This document shows positions 24,901-29,225 of a stretch of 29,225 nucleotides of DNA, one piece after another. The stretch spans positions 1 through 29,225 of IMG/VR virus record IMGVR_UViG_3300030207_004816. The stretch is one strand, 5' to 3'. The position numbers and the translations under genes are program-made. The stretch comes from a virus. Its lineage: Duplodnaviria > Caudoviricetes. The notes below the pieces were generated by a model. That model had not been told where the DNA came from and searched no databases. It was given only the letters and a program-made list of their open reading frames with translations. The number at the start of each line of letters is the position of its first letter. Position 1 is the first letter of the stretch.

Positions 24901-27900
24901 GAAGCTCAACCTTATCTGGCGTCATCATCATGTCGTCTTCGAGCTGAAGACGAAGCTGATCAAAAATCTGCTCAATCGTTGCGTCTGGGTTGGCTCGACG
25001 AGCATCCCTTGCAATCTTCAGCACATCGTCTCGCACGTTCTGCAGCTGAGATAGCTCTCGCCTCAACGTTTCTTTGAGTTCAGGACGAACATTAGACAAA
25101 GGGTCGTCAAGCTTGAACAACGTCTCAACTTTCGTGATGAAGTTGTCCAAAGGTTTGAATGCGTTGGCAAGACTTGCAACTGGCCCATGCCGAAAAGCAC
25201 CCAGTAGAGAATACGCAAGAGACTTGGAGATGGCCTCGGTGTAAACAGTCCGTCGAGCAAAGGCGCCCGCCTCTACGTCCTGCATCAGCTCAACTACACG
25301 GTTGTAGTTGGTGAATGAAATGGTATCGAGCTTAGCCCCCGGACCAACCAACTCTTGCGGCATTCTGGTCGCGACAAACGGCTCTGATGCAAGTCTTTGA
25401 ATGAACACCTTGAAGTTGGCTTGCTGGCTTTCGTCGAGCTTGATGGTGTTGTTTTTTGCGTCCGCCATGCCTTCAAGCTTCTGAGCACTGAGGTAGGTGC
25501 GGCCGGAGATCTTGCCTCTTGCTTCGATACCCAACACCGACGCCATACGAGCGTTGACGGTTTTGCGGATGCTCTTGGCCTTCTCTCGGGTGACGAAGGA
25601 AGCAGAAGTCAAGTTGACCAAGTCCATGCCACGAAGTGCCTTGGAGGCCTCTTCTTTTTTCATGGTCTCCGCTACGACGTAGCCGATGGCTCTGGCATAC
25701 ACGTCAACAGCATCGACCTCTTGCATGTCGTCAGTGATGCCAAGAGCTTGCTTTACATACTCGGGCTGAGTGTCAATATCCGCAAAAATACGCTTACGGC
25801 CTGTTTTTGCTCGACGACCCTCAGTAATCCGTATGTCTTCATCTACATTGACTCGCACTCGAGTGCCTGGTCGATTGGGTCGATTGATATTGCGAGTGAT
25901 GTTGTCTGGACGGAAAAACCGGTCGGGCCTCAGTATCTCGTTGAGATTGGCTCGCTTCGCAGGTGAAGGGATGATGACTGATTTTGCTTCATCACCCATG
26001 CGTGCGTACACCGATGTCAGGTTTGCCATCAGCTCTCTGATGCCTTGAGCCTCTTGACCAAGTCGTCCGTTTGCTTCGACAACAGTTCGCAACGTCGCTT
26101 CAAACGTCGTCACACCATCTTGAGTAAGACGCTTGTTTGGCATCTTTATGGATGGAGATGGCGAGGTCTCGGTATCAAACTTGGACTTCGATAAAAAATC
26201 AGAGACCCATTTTTTACCCATCAAATCCACGAGCAACGCTTGGTCATTTGCCAAAAGCCGAGTGATTGACAGTGTGTCCTCATCTGCGAAGATGTCCATG
26301 AGCTGCCGGACACTATCCATGCTGATGTTGTCACTTACGGTCTTTTTGGTGCCAATCTTGGTCTGGATTTCGAATGTGGCCGGACCCTCAGTGCCGTCAT
26401 CAAGCTTGGTGGCGACTTTCTTCAGCTTAGTTGCTGCAAAGTAGTCCTCCGGCTCCTTGATTCCTTTGTACAGTTTTTCTGTGCCAGACACGTTGTGAGC
26501 TCGCGTCTCCATCATGGCGAGTAACGTGACCTTCTCTTCTGGGGTCATATCACCGTCTTTGACGAACTGATCGAGCTGCTCTCGTACTTTGATGTACGGC
26601 GCCGAGTTCCGAAGGTCCAAGGTGTCTTCGTCAGCTCCCATGGCAGAGAACGCACGCAGGTTCTTGGTGTACTGATCAGCGTTCTCAACTGAGAGCTTTT
26701 TCAACTGCTCAATGACGTCTTCATATTTGATGCCTGCAGCTGCGAGAACACGCTTGGTTTGTTGGTCAATCTCAAACGGAATTGCGCCTTCCCGAAAATC
26801 AGGTGTGCCTCGACGACCACTCGAAAACAGGTTTGGACCCTCCTCGGTCTCGATGACATGACGTACAGCAGCCTCTGTGACGTCGGCAGCGGTTTCGAAC
26901 ACGTCAGGTACATATCCGTTCTTCAAGCCCTCAGAGGCCTCGTCAAACGTCTTCCCCGCCTGCATCTGATCAAAAATCTGATCGGCGAACTTACGTTCCG
27001 TGTAAGTCAGTGGTTTGAAGTCTGTAGGTACATCCGCCGCTGCAGCACCAGGCTCTGCGTCTTGAGCTGCACGAAACGCATCGTCTTGGTCTAAAAGGCC
27101 CTTAAGGGTTTGCGCGTCGACTTCCTCGGGTAGCCTACGCCTTACGTTGTCTGCAGCAAGTGAGGCGCGCTCATACGTCTTGTAGATGCGGTTGTAGGCT
27201 GCAGGAGAGAACCCTGCCAAGAACGCACGCCCACGGTACCCACTGACATTCAGCTTACGAGTCAGCGAAGATCCCCGTGCTGCAGCTTTTGTGGTGTGAG
27301 CGATGGGGCCGATATGCAGCTTTTCCCAAGGAACCAGAAAGTCCAAAGCGCCGCCGATGAACAACTTGGTGTGAAACTCCGGCGTTCCTCGTTCGAAACC
27401 CTGCTGACGAGCTTCGTTGGTCAGGTGTGTCGTGAATCCAACATTTCCGGTCTCGATGTTGGCGAGTGCTCGAGACAACCACGTAGAATCGAGGTCTCGC
27501 ATGCCATAGTTGAAGTAGAAGTCTCGAGACGCTGGAGTAATCGCCTGTATAATCGTGCCTGGAAAACCGGGCAGAATCGATAACTCTTCCGGCAAACCGT
27601 TTTCTCTGAGCTTTCTTTTGACGACCTCTTCGGTAAGACCAAATGTAGTGTCAATCTCTGCGATGCCTTCGGTAAAGACGCCCAACATGCGGAGAGCCTT
27701 GCCCAAGGTAGTCTCCATCACCTTAATTTCATCTCCAACCTTTTCGGCGCTGAACAAGGTCGACTCAATCCCTTTTTCAAGAACCCGTGCAGCTCTACCA
27801 GCATCACCCTTTGCTTCAATGACTCGGTTGGCGCTCTCAACCGCTTGGTCCAACACGTTTACCGTCGAAGGCACGGAGCCTGCCCACACCTCTTCGGGTA

Positions 27901-29098
27901 ACGCGCCAAATGAAACGTCATTCAACGCCCCTTGAATATCTTTGTCGGACGCACCCTCTTTCACCAATCGTGCAGCGTTCCTGAGCTGATTGTTGTTCGA
28001 AAGCGTGAACCTCTCATCGTTTGCGCTTACGGACTTTTTGAACAAGTCCACCGATGGTTTTTTGATTTGAAATCCGAGTGGCAGATCATCGAATGATTGC
28101 TGCATCAAAATGGCGCCGAGTTCATCCTTGAGCTCAGACTTTATTTGCTGATCACTCATACCCTTTTCGTGAGCAAGCTCGACGGTCTCGACAAGACGCT
28201 CAAAGTTTTCAGTAGGCAGAGTAAGTCGAGTAGATTTTAGGTATGCCTCTCGTTCATCTTCTTCCAAAAACAAGTTGGCAAACATAGCAGGCATGTTGAT
28301 CTTGACTGCAGCTCTTTCGACCAACTCAGGAATGTTCTTGATACCAAAAGGAATGTACGGGTCATCGAAGAACGAAACCTCATCATCGACGCCTTCTTGT
28401 CGATCTCGTCCCCAAAAAGACTGACGGTCGATACCAATGCCTGCATCTTTGGCTTCGTCGACGGTCATGGGGTCACTGCCTTGCCACACTTTAGCAAGTA
28501 CAGACATCGTTCCTTCTTCATCGAGCATGGCGCGAATCTCACGCTCTGCCTTTCGGTTCTCCTCCATACGCATTTCGAATGCCTGCTGAGGAGTCTCCGA
28601 ATCCCGAAACGGCTTGAGCCTGCGAGTGCCGAATACTCGACCACCAGCTGCCAAGATGCCCTTGGCATCCGGGTCGGTTGGCTCATCAAGGTCACCAACC
28701 ATCTTGTAGATCAAGGCTGTTTTGATTTTTTCATCCGCTACCGCTTCGCCTTGCTCCCGTGTTTTTCCCTTGTTTAGTTCTCCTTGAAGGATGTGGTCAT
28801 AAACTTCGAGTCGGAAATCCCGAATATCGCTCGGCTGAGCAGGATCCAGCCTTAGTTCGGTACCAGGCAGTGGCGTCAGAGGATCCCTCAAATCCCTTTG
28901 CCTTTCCTCCTCTTCTATTTGCTCATCAGTCAACGGCGGAAGCGGACTGCGGTAGAACTCCGCCAGCTCTTTATCAATCTGATCGTCTTGTGCAGGCACA
29001 GTTTTGGACAACTCGGCAGAGTAGTCCGCCATGAAGTCGTCAAAGTCATAGACACTATCTTCGTTCGACAGTGTCAATGGTTCGTTCTGTTCTGCCAC
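21977..29098 (-). CDS. Giant (2373-aa) probable internal virion / DNA-ejection protein
   Basis: Uninterrupted 7.1-kb ORF in the late region. The C-terminal IDNFYR..F..GL..G.S..QAA..ARRAAFDYS.LT..E motif resembles large phage internal (polyvalent-type) proteins. Confidence 0.7.
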   Translation of the reverse strand: MAEQNEPLTLSNEDSVYDFDDFMADYSAELSKTVPAQDDQIDKELAEFYRSPLPPLTDEQIEEEERQRDLRDPLTPLPGTELRLDPAQPSDIRDFRLEVYDHILQGELNKGKTREQGEAVADEKIKTALIYKMVGDLDEPTDPDAKGILAAGGRVFGTRRLKPFRDSETPQQAFEMRMEENRKAEREIRAMLDEEGTMSVLAKVWQGSDPMTVDEAKDAGIGIDRQSFWGRDRQEGVDDEVSFFDDPYIPFGIKNIPELVERAAVKINMPAMFANLFLEEDEREAYLKSTRLTLPTENFERLVETVELAHEKGMSDQQIKSELKDELGAILMQQSFDDLPLGFQIKKPSVDLFKKSVSANDERFTLSNNNQLRNAARLVKEGASDKDIQGALNDVSFGALPEEVWAGSVPSTVNVLDQAVESANRVIEAKGDAGRAARVLEKGIESTLFSAEKVGDEIKVMETTLGKALRMLGVFTEGIAEIDTTFGLTEEVVKRKLRENGLPEELSILPGFPGTIIQAITPASRDFYFNYGMRDLDSTWLSRALANIETGNVGFTTHLTNEARQQGFERGTPEFHTKLFIGGALDFLVPWEKLHIGPIAHTTKAAARGSSLTRKLNVSGYRGRAFLAGFSPAAYNRIYKTYERASLAADNVRRRLPEEVDAQTLKGLLDQDDAFRAAQDAEPGAAAADVPTDFKPLTYTERKFADQIFDQMQAGKTFDEASEGLKNGYVPDVFETAADVTEAAVRHVIETEEGPNLFSSGRRGTPDFREGAIPFEIDQQTKRVLAAAGIKYEDVIEQLKKLSVENADQYTKNLRAFSAMGADEDTLDLRNSAPYIKVREQLDQFVKDGDMTPEEKVTLLAMMETRAHNVSGTEKLYKGIKEPEDYFAATKLKKVATKLDDGTEGPATFEIQTKIGTKKTVSDNISMDSVRQLMDIFADEDTLSITRLLANDQALLVDLMGKKWVSDFLSKSKFDTETSPSPSIKMPNKRLTQDGVTTFEATLRTVVEANGRLGQEAQGIRELMANLTSVYARMGDEAKSVIIPSPAKRANLNEILRPDRFFRPDNITRNINRPNRPGTRVRVNVDEDIRITEGRRAKTGRKRIFADIDTQPEYVKQALGITDDMQEVDAVDVYARAIGYVVAETMKKEEASKALRGMDLVNLTSASFVTREKAKSIRKTVNARMASVLGIEARGKISGRTYLSAQKLEGMADAKNNTIKLDESQQANFKVFIQRLASEPFVATRMPQELVGPGAKLDTISFTNYNRVVELMQDVEAGAFARRTVYTEAISKSLAYSLLGAFRHGPVASLANAFKPLDNFITKVETLFKLDDPLSNVRPELKETLRRELSQLQNVRDDVLKIARDARRANPDATIEQIFDQLRLQLEDDMMMTPDKVELLLGNIDPLQPEKGKEGILSIFRQFSEAEIARIDAEFAASKEGLALNIEAKPLSEKQTEILGGQDVLSPDDVTPKLSSGDNPPAPIVEGDSRLQYLTKSSTRSLLQDLCSTGTFYGISEEVNTALTILERYTTDEGLSPAAISKLSDVDRHYIAESLFTIQNQLEHQARYVENRARTILVALGGETAQLNDPAKVKPNRLASVYRYFHQGGPGWKKLYDLSQSKGSGLGFDPDKIGRFSPAQAFLEMTVRLMAEDKLLNLYDVMIQNGMPGAGVNYRIPRRVSSPTGADIAINRKDAFYGRVTQYMDQIFKSDDISTYALKDDGSLAFERKAEAPTGPEYRFAAFEERGPKVHDTFHDLDAQLAAEEALVRFGVRTLTRGESLAEIVFPDGSRTYGPQGIKDEIDKALIRASAVGKAYGSDAARALRVEDVGAPFIDVAKIPKVIAFNKVSKAVESLLRIFPITATNIKRGVTTGLFIPNPAYYTANFLGGALQLFTAVNPVKGFSMLTKNPKMVGAVVSRMFGEGTYRPFGNKILVAKNGMIYNADQIADMALAYRLNSSFIQAETQRTMADDIKLYLKENPTLGERAGRFATAWNDHLAEVATAIDNFYRVSIFVDGLNDGVSPGQAAGLARRAAFDYSALTEWEQRTARNAIMFYSYMRKNLDLFFDTLLTDPSRVTNQLRLTNGLHKANLDEDPEIVLPEYIQARMGIGTAKPIINKHVNDARMYVLPPTPIMDSMNLLIDMYDTVRGDGDAARMLFTKLTPWWQAPAVFTLGVDPFYGGEVDRYNNVPPWLMEWDLAVTGGQLRLLLDVQRESNRNPRLRQVEGDEGRQIFNAKNGKLWWAYRNLLQVPGTGRSMGIITQVDQANLGIVEGVTEMLRAARLEAEDLGLADEKDRQFEFLEGDTLSPKVGMTPIDHLLGVAGIRTQLVPNVKFARQRALKDLKREYRKRFRIDQDPFEQRTQQFQFDPGEF

Positions 29099-29110
29099 GT
29101 TCCCGCCCTA

Positions 29111-29224
29111 TCAGCGACCAGTGTCCGCTGCTGCTACCGCCCGATTACCAGTGTCGCCCTTGCGAAGTTCTCGTTCCATAGCTTTGACCATCTGAGGATC
29201 GATTTCATTAGTGACCACATTTGG
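29111..29224 (-). CDS. 3' end of an upstream late gene (truncated by the window edge)
   Basis: Open frame PNVVTNEIDPQMVKAMERELRKGDTGNRAVAAADTGR ending in TGA TAG. Confidence 0.6.
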   Translation of the reverse strand, partial: PNVVTNEIDPQMVKAMERELRKGDTGNRAVAAADTGR

Positions 29225-29225
29225 G

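Overview
This window is part of a dsDNA bacteriophage or prophage, probably a tailed, podovirus-like phage. No capsid, terminase or integrase gene lies in the window. The + strand (1-13.4 kb) carries early and middle functions: a partial SF2 helicase; a nucleic-acid-modification cluster (TGT/DpdA-like protein, QueC, a truncated XF1762/Mom-like remnant, SSB, a PAPS-reductase-family protein, an amino-DNA methyltransferase and tRNA-Asn(GTT)); HTH regulators; primase plus a VirE/VapE helicase; YqaJ plus RecT; a FmdB zinc ribbon; and a tandem pair of DUF2589-like genes. The - strand (13.5-29.2 kb) carries a late region: many single-pass membrane/coiled-coil proteins around an L,D-transpeptidase-like putative lysin, a holin, small beta-rich structural proteins, an Asp-box beta-propeller, a repeat-containing fibre protein and a 2373-aa probable internal virion protein. 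The most notable items are the DUF2589 pair with a beta-pore-former-like hairpin, the deazaguanine module that appears to have displaced a Mom-like gene, a two-gene structural cassette present twice, and a structured intergenic element. All family calls come from recognising motifs by eye; no database search was run.
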